Of a DNA stretch of 64,000 nucleotides, positions 39,014-52,729 are shown piece after piece. Each line of letters begins with the position of its first letter. Within the stretch, counting starts at the first letter, position 1. The notes under the pieces are model-generated. The model saw only the letters and a list, made by a program, of their open reading frames with translations, was not told the DNA's origin and ran no database searches. The stretch is from Octopus vulgaris (lineage: Eukaryota): positions 32,054,001-32,118,000 of the forward strand of contig OX597834.1 in assembly GCA_951406725.2 (NCBI GenBank). Direction: 5' to 3'. The translations under genes were made by a program, and so were the position numbers.

Positions 39014-41161
39014 CCTGGTGGAATTTCAAACCAAACCTTTTATTTGACTAATGGGGTACTTTGTTCTCATTCCTAAGGTATTTTTTGCTGATGTTATTAT
39101 TTATTCAAGTCACTGCTTGGGATTGAACCTAGAATTTTAAGGTTAGTAACTCACACTCTTAGCCTATTTATCTGATGTAAATAATTCCTCATCTCTAAAA
39201 TATAGAACAGTATGTTTACTATTGGCATAATGACCCTCCTAAGATAAAAAAAAAGTGATAATTCATATAAGAATTATAGGCACAGGCATGGCTGTTTGGT
39301 AAGAAGCTTGCATACCAACCACATGGTTCTAGGTTCAGTCCTGCTGCATGGCAAATGTTTTCTATAGTGTCAGGCCAACCAAAGCCTTGTGAGTGGATTT
39401 GGTAGATGGAAACTGAGAGAAGCCCGTCATGAGTGTGTATGTGTTTCTTACCACCACTTGACAACTGGTGTTGGTGTGTTTACATCCTAGTAACTTAGTT
39501 GTTTGTCAAAATAGACCAATAGGATAAGTACCAGGCTTTAAAAAATAAGCACTAGGTGGGGATGATTCGTTTGACTAAAGGTTCTTCAAGGTGGTGGTGC
39601 CCCAGTATGACCGCAGTCTAATGACAAACAAGCAAAAGATAATATGTCGTCACCACCATCATCATCATTGACAGTTGCTGGACATTGCTGTCTCAAAATC
39701 CTAAGACCCAAAGGACCGGTGACCAGGTTTCCATGGTATGTAAACGAGAGATCACAATACTTCCCCTGAACAGGACATACGTCCATCATGGGGTTGGTTC
39801 ATTTTACAGCTGAGTGGACTGGAGCAATGTTAAATGAAGTGTCTTGCTCAAGAACACAATGTACTGTCTGGGTCTGTACTGTGTGAGTTGGAGGAAGCAA
39901 ACCCACAATCTTACAATTTCAAGTACAACACCCGAACCACTTGACCATGTGCCTTCACCGAAGCCAGCAAATAAGAAAAGAAAGTAAGAATATCACTTTA
40001 CTTGTCTCAGTCATTAGACTGCAGCCATGATGGAGCACTGCCTTGAAGAATTTTAGTCAAGCAAATTGATGCCTTGGTACTTACTCTGTTGGTCTATTTT
40101 GCTGAACTGCTAAGTTACAAGGACATAAACATACCAACACCGGTTGTCAATGGTGATTGGGGACGAAGACGCACATACACACATGGCCACAGTCTAACCC
40201 ATGCCAGCATGGAAAGCAGACATTAAATGATGATATATATATATATATATATATTATGGGCTTCTTTCAGTTTTCATCTACCAAATCAACTTACAAGGTT
40301 TTGGTCAGCTAGAGGCTTTCGTAGAAGACACTCATCCAAGATGCCATGCAGTGGGACTGAACCTAGAACCATATGGTTGGGAAGGGAACTTCTTACCACA
40401 CAGCCACTAGTAAATAAAAAGGAAGAAACAATGAAATTTTAAATATATTTATTTAAACCAATTCTAAGTGACAAACATTGAGATAATTAGCTGAGAAATT
40501 ATTTTTAAAAAAAAGCCCAACTAAAAGGTTTCGTTACAACAAAACCAGGTGAAACAGAAATTCAGTGATGCTTATTATTATTATTATTATTATTATTATC
40601 ATCGTCCAGTATGTTGTAGCCCTTGACAGCCAGTGATATGTTTTATTTGCAAGATTTTGAGCCAATAATTGGTCTGTGAAGCACAACTCTGTAGCAGAGC
40701 GGACAGGAGCGATGGGAAATGAAGTGTCTTGTCCAAGGACGTATTGCACAGATCAGCTAGTCCAGGAATTGAGCCCATGGCCTTATAAGCCTCAGACAGC
40801 TTAACCACCAGGCTAAAATACCCCAAATAAGTACTCCAGATAACATTTGGAATGGACACTCAATCTAAAGGTGATTCTTAATAAAATTATACCAAAAAAC
40901 AAAACTAAAGGATTTCTTTGACCCTTTTGTTAACCATATTCTGTGCAACAGACTGCCTTTGTTTTAGATCATTCTGAAAATGGTGAAGAATTTAACAAAA
41001 TAACTTTGCCAATATCAATGTGGTGTTTGAAACATAAATTAACATGAAATTTTAATGGTAATTTTTAATTTTAGATTACTTTACATAGGAAGTTTCTGTT
41101 ATTAGAACCAAGGGTGGTAAAAGCTTCACTGGTATCAAGAGTCACAAGAGGTGTGTGTGTG

Positions 41162-41193
<32 letters not shown>

Positions 41194-41308
41194 ATATACA
41201 TCCCAACATTTTCTGCATAGCCATTTATATATATGTGTGTGTGTGTGTGTATGTATATATTCGTTGTTAGTGATGGAAGCAATATTAGTTCAAAATAGCA
41301 TTTTTTAT

Positions 41309-41571
41309 ATCTTACTTAACGTAGGTATACTGCAGAAAGCCAAAAAACTGCTGTATTCATCTTGAAAAAGCATCTCATCTACACATATAGTTCTAAAAGG
41401 CACAGAAGAATATCTGTGGAAGAGATGAAAAATGCCCAGCAGCAGAGGTGCTGCTGCTGAAAGATTTTTGTCTGCTCATGATATACTTCAGTGCTTTTTA
41501 TATGAGATGCTTTCTCTAGACAAATACAACAGTTTTCTGGCTTTCTTCAGCATATCTACATTAAGTAAGAT
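41309..41571. repeat. Old degenerate fold-back palindrome
   Basis: ATCTTACTTAACGTAGGTATACTGCAGAAAGCCA vs TGGCTTTCTTCAGCATATCTACATTAAGTAAGAT; centre CAGCAGCAGAGGTGCTGCTG. Confidence 0.8.
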
Positions 41572-42083
41572 GTACACAGAATGTTATATATGTGTGTGTG
41601 TGTATATAATCATCGCTTAATGTTTGTTTTCCATGCTGGCATGGGTTGGACAGTTTGACTGGGGTCTGGCAAGCCAGGAGGCTGTACCAGGCTCCAATCT
41701 GACCTAGCAATGTTTCTACCACTTGATGCCCTTCCTAATGCCAACCACTCTGAGAGTGTAGTGAGTCCTTTTTGCGTGCCACTGGCACAGGGGCCAGAGG
41801 AACTGGCATCGGCCACGATCGGATGGTGCTTTTTACGTGATATATATATATGTGTGTGTGTGTATGTGTATATATATATATATATGTGTGTGTATATGTA
41901 TATATATATAGACACAAACGTATATTTTACAAACAGAAAAAAGTAAATTTTAAATGCAGTAAAACTGTAAGAACAGCAGAGAAAGATTGAGTATTTATCC
42001 TTATAAGATGGAAAAAAAGATGCGAGCAGGTGGCGTTAGCCACTATACACACATTCTTTTCTCTCCTTGTATTTTCTGTGTCC

Positions 42084-42119
42084 CTTTCTGTAGAAGAGCG
42101 TAGGCTCGAAACATAAAAG
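42084..42119 (+). ncRNA. Degenerate minimal hammerhead motif in a repeat ending at (TA)n
   Basis: CTTT-CTGTAGA-A-GAGC-GTAG-GCTC-GAAA-CA-TA-AAAG. Confidence 0.45.
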
Positions 42120-42206
42120 ACTTTTTCTATTCCTGAGCGTTATACTAATACATCTGTTTGTTTTGTACACCATCTGTCTTCGTCTTTTGTTTTTTTCATA
42201 AACTCT

Positions 42207-42241
<35 letters not shown>

Positions 42242-43098
42242 AACATTTTCTGCAGGGCCATTTATTGGGCTTTTTCTCTTTCCTTTCTCAACAAGTTTTG
42301 TATGTCTCTGATGAGAATTACTATAGCTTAATCAAGTTAAATAATTTCATTAAACAAAAAAAAAAAAAACTTCATCCAAGCTCATTATAATTCTCCACAC
42401 ACAATAACATCTTTTGCGACAAAAATCTGTCTATATATGTGATATAGAAAATAATTACAATTATATATCATCATAAGATAATGATATGGTTATGATTGTA
42501 TAAACTCAAAACCATTTCAGTAATGTTTGACATATATTTGGACCTGTAAAAGCTTTTCATAGCAGTTTGTCATGGAGAAAAAAATTATCCTTGCTTAAGA
42601 CAAAAACTGATAAAACACCATAGATTTAACAATATATTTCCTTCTAACTTTTGCATCCATTTTTCTAAGCTTTATATCAGAGATTTGGTTTTCTATTTTC
42701 TTTTTCTGTTTTCTGTGATGTTCGTTTTGTTAAGAAACAACTGGTTTTATAGCTGGACAATACCCTTTATATGGCTACCAACCTGACTGAAGCATGTTCG
42801 TGTGTGCATGTGTGTCAGACAGGCGAATCTAGAGCAAATAAAGTGAGATGCTTTGCTCAGGAGTGGAACACAACGGCTGAAGTGGAAGTTCTGAGTGCAC
42901 GACTCTATGGACAGTGTTTTATATATATATATATGTATACACAACATGTATACACATGTGTGTGTGTGTGTGTGTGTAATAAGCTAAGATAAAAATTTTT
43001 CAGTCTAAATGATGCATGCACGTATGTATACATATACACATACACAAATTTAAATATATATCTATATTTATAAATTTGTATGTATGTATGCATATCTG

Positions 43099-43149
<51 letters not shown>

Positions 43150-43173
43150 ACGGCCACGTTCGGATGGTTCGCT

Positions 43174-43244
<71 letters not shown>

Positions 43245-43403
43245 GCAGAGAGATTCATATCTAAATCGCACTATAATTTATATAGACATATATACATATA
43301 ATATCAAGAGTTTCCATATGTAGCTGATTATATATTCATTGTTAATGAAATACACGTAAGATGATGTAGCTAAATATATAAATAAGATCTCCTTTTTTGT
43401 TTT

Positions 43404-43447
<44 letters not shown>

Positions 43448-43900
43448 CACACATGCAAATACATACACATTCAGACATAAAGAAGAAATAAAGACAAAAT
43501 ATTTGTGCAGTCCATGTGCAAAAATGTAGATAAAATTTTAAGATTTCCAATACAAATTTACATCTAGTCTCCGAAAAAAAAAAAAAAAAAACCCAGTAAA
43601 AAAATAAAAAATAAAAACACAAATTGCTGGAAATGTACACAATTGCTTTTTCTATCTCCCAAATATTAAAATCAGAAAATTAATTACAACGATTTTAAAA
43701 ATAAAATAGTATTTCATTTCAGAAGAAACTTAATTTTTTTCTGGTTTGATATTAAATTTGAATTCTTTGGAGAAAAAAATGCCTACTTCAAAGAAAAATG
43801 GTAAAGTACTGTTTTTTATGTATTTCTGTGTTTTTTTTTCTTTCATTATTTGATGAAACTGTTGGAGTAGGACTTTGATGACAGAGTGACGGTACCAAAA

Positions 43901-43921
43901 TCACTTGAGTTTCTCGATGTC
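43901..43921 (-). CDS. GUK1: GUK1 last coding exon
   Basis: TCTCAG|GAC; DIEKLK-stop. Confidence 0.8.
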   Translation of the reverse strand, partial: DIEKLK

Positions 43922-46900
43922 CTGAGAAATAAAGCAAAAGATGAGCGTAATTAATTTTTAAAAATTGATTAATAATTTAGAAGACAATGAAAATGTGGTT
44001 GGGAACAATAAAGGAACGACAGTGAAGAACATAATAATTACGAAAAACATGTTGTTGGTATAGCTGTGTGGTTAAGTTTGGTCTCCAACCATAAGGTTTT
44101 GGGTTCAGTCCCACTGCATGGCACCTTGGACGAGGGTCTTCTACTATAACCTAGGCCGACCAAAGCCTTGTGAGTGGATTTAGTTCACAGAAACTGAAAG
44201 AAGCTTGTATATATATATGTGACACGTAAAAGCACCAACTGATCGTGGCCGTCTGCCAGCCTGCTCTGGCTCCTGTGCCGGTGGCACGTAAAAAACACCC
44301 ACTACATTCACGGAGTGGTTGGCGTTAGGAAGGGCATCCAGCTGTAGAAACACTGCCAAATCAGACTAGAGCCTGGTGCAGCCTCCATGGCTTACCAGAC
44401 CCTGGTCGAACCGTCCAACCCATGCTAGCATGGAAAACGGACGTTAAATGATGAATGATGATGATGATGATACAATGAGCTTCTTTCAGTTTGTATCTAC
44501 CATATTTACTAAGAAAGCTTTGGTCAGCTCAGAGAGCTATAGTAGATGCCATGCATTAGGATTGAACCTGGAACCATGTGGATGGGAAGCAAACTTGTAA
44601 ACACACAGCCAAGTGTTTGTGCTATGTTAAATTTGATTGTATTTTACATGTTCAGACATGAAAAGACAGACACTCTAGATGCCGTCTGGAGAGAAAAACT
44701 CTCCTTATGGACAATATGTAAGAATGGGCAATGAATGACATCATTAAAGTGTTGGACATCATCAAAGCATTTCTGAGTCATTACACATCATCAGCTACAG
44801 ATACCAAGTCATCGTTCATAGCCACTAAGAAGAACAACTGAAACATTTGCTGATGCACACAAAGCTTTGTCAAGCTGTAATTAATTAGTGGCATGTAAAA
44901 AGCACCATCCGTGCATGGCCGATGCCAGCGCCGCCTTGACTGGCTTCCGTGCCGGTGGCACATTAAAAGCACCAGCCAATCGTGGCCGCTGCCAGACTCC
45001 CCTGGCACCTGTGTCGTGGCACGTAAAAAGCACCCACTACACTCGCGGAGTGGTTGGCGTTAGGAAGGGCATCCAGCTGTAGAAACACTGCCAGATCAGA
45101 CTGGAGCCTGGTGCAGCCTCCTGGCTTCCCAGACCCCGGTCGAACCGTCTAACCCATGCTAGCGCAGAAAACGGACGTTAAATGATGATGATGATGAAAT
45201 ACACTAAGCAGCACTGAATGAAATGTGAGTACAACCATATTTAACATGTGTGCACTCAGAGGCCCAATAAACCTATTGCAAGTTTTTCATCATCTGTAAA
45301 ATAGTTAAAGAAAGACAAGGGGGGCCCAAAGGAACACTTTACAAGACAGAGAATCCACTCTGTATATTGAGGGTGAGTGCAGTTATCTTACCTCTTGGAC
45401 AACTTCTTTTAACTTTTGATAAGCTTCATCACATTTGTCATTTACAATAATATGGTCGTAGACACTGGGCTGCTTGGCTGAAAAAAGGAAGGAAAACGTT
45501 GTTTTAAAAACCCTTATTACACAGGCATATCACGTGGGATTAAACTTGTGAAAGTATGACTATGGGGTTAAGCAAGTGCAGATATGACAGTGAGATTAAG
45601 CAGGCGTAGGTATGGATGAGGGGTTAAGAGATTGTAGCAAGTCTCTGTTTGAACTGAAACGAGTTAAGAGCCACAGCCTAATCGTATCACTAATGCGCTA
45701 ATGTGCAGCACAAACATTTGATCACTCTCTTTTACTCTTTTACTTGTTTCAGTCATTTGACTGCGGCCATGCTGGAGCACTACCTTTAGTCGAGCAACTT
45801 GACCCCGGGACTTATTCTTTTGTAAGCCCAGTACTTATTCTATCGGTCTCTTTTGCCGAACCGCTAGGTGACGGGGACATAAACACACCAGCATCGGTTG
45901 TCAAGCAATGCTAGGGGGACAAACACACACACACATACATACACGCACACACACACATATATATATATATACATATATACGACGGGCTTCTTTCAGTTTC
46001 CGTCTACCAAATCCACTCACAAGGCATTGGTCGGCCTGGGGCTATAGCAGAAGACACTTGCCCAAGATGCCACGCAGTGGGACTGAACCCGCAACCATGT
46101 GGTTGGTTAGCAAGCTACTTACCACACAGCCACTCCTGCGCCTCTGTGCAGATTGTTTGGCAAAAACATAACATTCATGTGTCATCTTTGTGGAAGATTC
46201 CGTCACATACACAGGGCTGGATTAAGACCCATCGAGGCCCTAAGCACTTAAAAGATTTTGGTGGCCCCATAAAAGATTATGTAATTCAAAATATAAACAA
46301 TAACAAACCATAAAATAAATAATTATTTTTGAAAACGAAGCAAAACAATAAAAGAGGGAAAATAATGTTTATTTCTGTCTACTTCCATTTTATTTATATT
46401 TGAAAAGATTCCTCCTACTTTTTTGAATTGCAAAGTTTTTGATCAGATCCTCAAAATTAATATTGGGTAACACATCTCTATTTGGTAGAGATAAAGGCAT
46501 CCCGGATATTATTTCAGCAAGTTTAAAATGATTTCATTTGTGCCATCAACCATTTACCATTTCTGTGGTTCTCCCTCCTTCCCTTGATGCCCTAAGCACG
46601 TGCTTAATTTGCTTAATGGTTAATCCAGTACTGTACATGGTTGGTTTCCATCAACTAAGTTCCATTCATTAGTCAAACAAAGGCACTTGCTCAAGGCACC
46701 ACGCACTGGAATTGAACCCATGACCTCATGGTTGCCTAGTGATACTTCTTAACTACACATCTATATTCCAATGTATTTATATTCCTGTGATCGCAACAAG
46801 CTCCATCTGTAACAAACAAATAAGAACCAAAATACTTACAATAATCTAACGCTTCGTTTGCTGTATCCAACCGTTTCCGCAGGGATTCCTCAGTTTCAGT

Positions 46901-49900
46901 TTTTCTGTCTCTCAGTCTCTTTTCCTGGAAATAGTCCAAATAATTTAAATTAGTAATTAATGGTAGCACTGTGTGTGTGTGTGTGTGATCATCATCATTA
47001 CCATCATTGTTGCTTTAATATCCACTTTTCCATGCTTGCATGGATCAGACAGGGTTTTATTGAAGCAGACTTCCTATGGCTGGATGCCCTTCCTGTAGCC
47101 AACCCTCACCTGTTTCCAACCAAGGTAATATTTCCACATGACCAAACATGTTTTCCATGGAAGATTGGAAACAAACGACACTGCTTATATGTCAGTGACT
47201 TTCATTTACAACTATCATACAACATCAAAACACACCAATATACATAAAAAAGACTCCGCCGGTTACGACGACGAGGGTCCCAGCTGATACGATCAACGGA
47301 ACAGCTTGCTCATGAAATTAAAGTGCAAATGGCTGAGCATTCCACAGACACGTGTACCCTTAACGTAGTTCTCGGGGATAATCAGCGTGACACAGAGTGA
47401 CAAGGCTGACCCTTTGAAGTACAAGTACAACTCATTTTTGCCAGCTGAGTGGACTGGAGCAACGTGAAATAAAGTGTCTTGCTCAAGGACACAACGCGTC
47501 GCCGGGAATCGAACTCACAACCTTACGATCATGAGCCGAATGCCCTAACCACTAAGCCACGCGCCCTCACCCAATATACATACACACACACACATACACA
47601 CACTTAGAGACACACAAACACATACATAAACACAAACGCACACACATATAATTATAAATAAATTTTTATGTGTAGGCTCTCCTATCATAGACAACAGATG
47701 ACCGTTCTGCAATTTCTTGCTGAATGACCTGCACAGATGATTCGTTTATGGAGGTCAAACGTTTGTGCCATACATCAATTCACTCCCTCCATCAAATCAA
47801 CATTACCAAAGAGTTTGCACAGCAACTTGAGATGAAGCGTTTCGCTCAAGGACACAATGCCTTGCCCAGTCTGGAAATTGAAACTGATAGGGATCGGGGC
47901 CTGGAACCAACCCTGTGAACGAGGAATTCCAGCTAGGCGCGGGTCATCAGCCCGCGTTAATCATATCCCTGCCCTTTGTACACACCGCCCATCACTACCA
48001 CCGATCGAACGGTCCGGTGAGGTCCTCGGATCTGGCCAATGAGTCCGCTTACATGCGGCGGAGTTCCGTTAGCAGTGTGTTCTCTGATGGCCCAGAGAAG
48101 CTGACCGAACCCGATTGCTTAGAGGAAGTAGAAGTTGAAATTCAAATCACGATCCTATAAGCATGAGAATGACCCCTTGACCAGTTCTTCTAGTTTCTGC
48201 CTACCAAATTCACTCACAAGGCATTGGTCAGCCTGAGGCTATAGCAAAAGATACTTGTCCAAGATTCCACACAGTGGGACTGAACTTGGACCCATGTGCT
48301 TGGAAAATAAGCATCTTAACCACACAGCCACCAATTCCTTATTGATGTGATGACAATTATGTCAGGGTGGTCAACATGTCCAAAGTAAAACATCCTTCCT
48401 ATTGACCAGCACATCCTCATATAGCAAAAAACAAATTTAATCATGCAGTAATTAACAAAAGAGATCAATATAACGCGTAGCAGATTGTAAAGGCTACGTG
48501 TTATATTGTGAGACAAATAAAAGACAAAATATAAAGAAAAAGAAACAGCAAAAAGTACAACTGACCAGGGCTTCTATAGATGGTGGCTGTACAAATATAT
48601 ATTTTGCATTCAAACCAGTTGTTTTGATGCTTTTCACACCATTGATTTCTACATCGAGAATGCATATTCGTCCCGTCTTTTGGATTTCTTCAACTGCTGC
48701 TTTACTGAAACAAGGAAAGAAAGAAAAAAAAAAATCACACTCAAAACACAAATGAGAAAATTCGATTTCTTTGTCTGGTACAAAGAGGAAGGGGGATGGG
48801 GGAGGAGGAGGAGGTGGAGGAATAATAATAATAAGAAGAAGAAGAGGAGGAAGAAGAAGAAGGAGAAGAAGAGGAGGGAGAAGCAGAAGAAGAGGAGGAA
48901 GTAGAAGAAGGAGAAGAAGAAGAAGAGGAGGAAGAAGAAGAAGAAGAAGAAGAATCAACCACCATCATTTTTATATGTCTGCTTTTGATGCTGACATGGC
49001 CTAGCAGAAACAAGAGAAACATCAAAATGAAAGGAACATTAAAAGCCTTTAATTTTTACATTAGATTCTCTCAATGTTTATTTATTCTCATTGTTTTGAA
49101 TTAATTATGCATTATCTCATCATTTTCAGATTTCAATGATGTGAGTGTATATCTTTACAATGACATTGTAGGGTAGGTGAGAGAAGCAAGATCTGGCCAG
49201 TTTAAACCTAAAATAAATAGAATATTTGAACTGGACATGGTCAGTTTAAATGCTGAAGGGTTAAAAAGTCTAATGGCAACTAAGTCAGCATCAAATCAGT
49301 AATACATCATCATCATCATCATCATTTAACGTCCGTTTTCCGCTCTAGCACGGGTTGGACGGTTTGACCGGGGTCTGGGAAGCCAGAGGCCTCTCCAGGC
49401 TCCAGTCTGATCTGGCAGAGTTTCTACGGCTGGATGCCCTGCCTAACGCCAACCACTCCGCGAGTGGATTGGGTGCTTTTTACGTGCCACCTGCACAGGG
49501 GCCGGGGGGTCCGGCATCGGTCACGATCGGTTCGAGCTTTTCTAGAGCTGAGTTGGGGGGGGTCTAGCTGAGAAAGGTTCCACCAGTGGAAAGAGAGGGA
49601 GAGATAGTGGGGGGGGGGGTGCAGGTAATATAGGGAAGCACCAGTAGGGAAGGTTGGGTAAGGAGGAACGGTGACAAGGAAAGGGTTGGTGCAGAAGAAA
49701 TAAAAACGTAGGATGTCACGAGACGGGGAGGGGACTGGAAGGAGATGGTCGGATTGAGGCAGTGACAGATTCTAAACAGGAGGTAACGTAAGATCAGTGG
49801 GGCAGTTAATGAGCTGCGGTGCTAGCAGCTTGACTTGGTGGGGGGGAAGGGGTAGTACACAGTGAAAGCATGTGAGGAGGGGTAGGAGGGGGAGACACAC

Positions 49901-51796
49901 GCAATGGTGGTGGGGGAGGAGGAGGGCATCTCCGGTGTAGATGGTGAGAACAGTGTTCACCGGTATTGGTGGTGGTGGGGGTGGTAGGGCGGGGGCACCG
50001 CCGAATGGCGGAGAAAGATGAAAATTAAGGATTGAAGGGAATGGCGGAAAAAGATGAAAATTAAGGATTGAAGGGAATGGCGGAAAAAGATGAAGGGATT
50101 GAAGGGTTAAAGTGTTAAATTTCGTAGAGAGAAGATAGGAAAAACGAAGCAGTTATTGTATGAGTACAGACGTTTAACAATAGTAACGTATGAGGTACGA
50201 AAGATAATGGGATAAAAATGTTTTTGCAACTTGCTGCGATTATAAAGGCCGGAGGCCGCTGTTGGAGAAGAAAGGAAGTCTACTTTACTACCCACAAGGG
50301 GTTAAACACAGAGGGGACAAACAAGGACAGACAAACGGATTAAGTCGGTTACATCGACCCCCAGTGCGTAACTGGTACTTAATTTATCGACCCCGAAAGG
50401 ATGAAAGGCAAAGTCGACCTCAGCAGAATTTGAACCCAGAACGTAACGGCAGATGAAATACCGCTAAGCACTTCGCCCGGCGTGCTAACGATTCTGCCAG
50501 CTCGCCGAATCAGTAATACCAAATAAGTGACACCCAAATGGCTGTGCCAAAACAGTTCATACCCTAAATTTTAGGTTGAGATCTTAAAAGCAAAGTAGAA
50601 AGTATGTAAAAAGAAGCCATTGTATTGATTGCAAAACTTAAAATTAATGTAATTAGCAATGACTGTTTGGAACACAGTGGAAGCACTCCGTTGGTTACAA
50701 CGATGAGGGTTCCGGTTGATCCGATCAACGGAACAGCCTGCTCATGAAATTAACGTGTAAGTGGCTGAGCACTCCACAGACACGTGTACCCTTAACGTAG
50801 TTCTCGGGGATATTCAGCGTGACACAGAGAGTGACAAGGCCGGCCCTTTGAAATACAGGTACAACAGAAACAGGAAGTAAGAGTGAGAGAAAGTTGTGGT
50901 GAAAGAGTACAGCAGGGATCACCACCATCCCCTGCCGGAGCCTCGTGGAGCTTTAGGTGTTTTCGCTCAATAAACACTCACAACGCCCGGTCTGGGAATC
51001 GAAACCGCGATCCTATGACCGCGAGTCCACTGCCCTAACCACTGGGCCATTGCGCCTCCACTTGGAGCACAGTAGCAATGTTGTAAATGCAAAACAATAA
51101 AAAAGGACGTTTTCTCATCAAGAGAGCTTGTTCTGCATTTTGTCTGATGATATCTACTCACCTTGTACCATAGTAGTTTCCAGAAAACATAGCGTTTTCC
51201 AAAAACTTTTTGTTCTGTATCATCTCTTCAAATTCTTTATGAGTGACAAAGTGATAATCTGAAAGAGATATCGATATTACAATATTGTGTAATCAACAAA
51301 AATGTATTTTTCTTATAAAATCCAGGCTTTTTCCTGATCTTGCCTGGTAGTTAGCATGTTGGACTTACAATCATAAAATTATGGGTTCAATTCCTGAACA
51401 GGATGCACAATGTATCCTTGACCTAGGAATTTCATCACATCACCCCCAACATTTGGCCTCCGAATTCTCCAGATCTCAGTTCACCGGACTACTATGTATG
51501 GAACATCATTAAGAAAAATGTCAATGAACACCTCCATAGCACCAAAGATTCTTTGAAAGCTGCCAGAGTTCAAGTCATGCCTGATATGAACAAGGACCAC
51601 GTAATCCAAACTTGAAAACAATTTCACTGCCACGTAGAGGCAGTTATTGATGCTTATGATGGTTCTATTGGATGAAATTATTAAACTGATAATTTAGCTT
51701 TATCTTTATGCTATTTTTATAAAAATACAATTTTTTTCTGTTATTATAGAAGCATTTTTTAAAACCATAAATCTGTCCTCAAATACCAACTGCACC

Positions 51797-51848
<52 letters not shown>

Positions 51849-52285
51849 TTTAACCCTTTAGTGTTTAAACCGGCCATATCCGGCCAAAATATTCTACCTA
51901 TTTTATGTTCAAACTAGTCAGATATGGTCATTCATAGCTACCTTATTGTGTCATTTTAAAAATAAACAATCACATCATTGAAATCTCAAAGCCATGAAAT
52001 GATGCAAGATTAATTTTACATGGTGTGAATATATAAGCTTTACATTTGACAGAATAATCTGAATGCTAAAGGGTTAAACAATTAAGATTCAAGTGAGTTC
52101 TATTGAATTCACATGAATATGGTACTTAACTTGGATGCACCAGAAGTCTATATGGTGTTAACCATATGACAAAGTGGGGTGATTACAAATAGGAAAAAAG
52201 CAAGAAGAATGGATCAATATATCGGTACAATTGTCTTCGTACGAAACAATTGTACCGATATATTGATCCATTCTTGTTGCTTTTT

Positions 52286-52327
<42 letters not shown>

Positions 52328-52729
52328 ATAATAATGTAAGAACTCCTTGCAGACTGTATTAGTCAATAAGATACAAATAAAATTAACAAATATATTCTTT
52401 TTGTGTGACCTGGTACCAAATGATCCATGGCCCCATACTGGTCTCAGACCCAGTGGTTGGGCACTAATGGTCTGCTGTATTCCAGTTGACTCTCCCTACT
52501 GATGTTGAAGACAACAGTTTGGCCAGACAGTACTCTGTGTCCATACTGAAAAGAATTTGTCTTACCTTTGCCATCGACTTCTCCAGGCCGTGGTTTCCTT
52601 GTGGTATCTGCAAGAGGAAGAAAATCAAAAAAATTTGACAGAGTAACAGAAGTAATATATCTGGATTTGTTCATTTAATAATAATAATAATAATAGAGTA
52701 ACAGAAGTAATATATCTGGATTTGTTCAT

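Noticed and set aside
42305-42356. CTGATGA followed by an AATTA/TAATT stem
   Set aside because: No GAAA or stem I partner downstream
47885-48136. Functional rRNA gene
   Set aside because: Only ~250 nt, substitutions in conserved positions, no ITS or upstream 18S
50990-51060. tRNA genes at SINE heads (also 1600, 47500-47570, 57975, 60660)
   Set aside because: A/B boxes are present but they run into repeat bodies, and I found no clean acceptor stem
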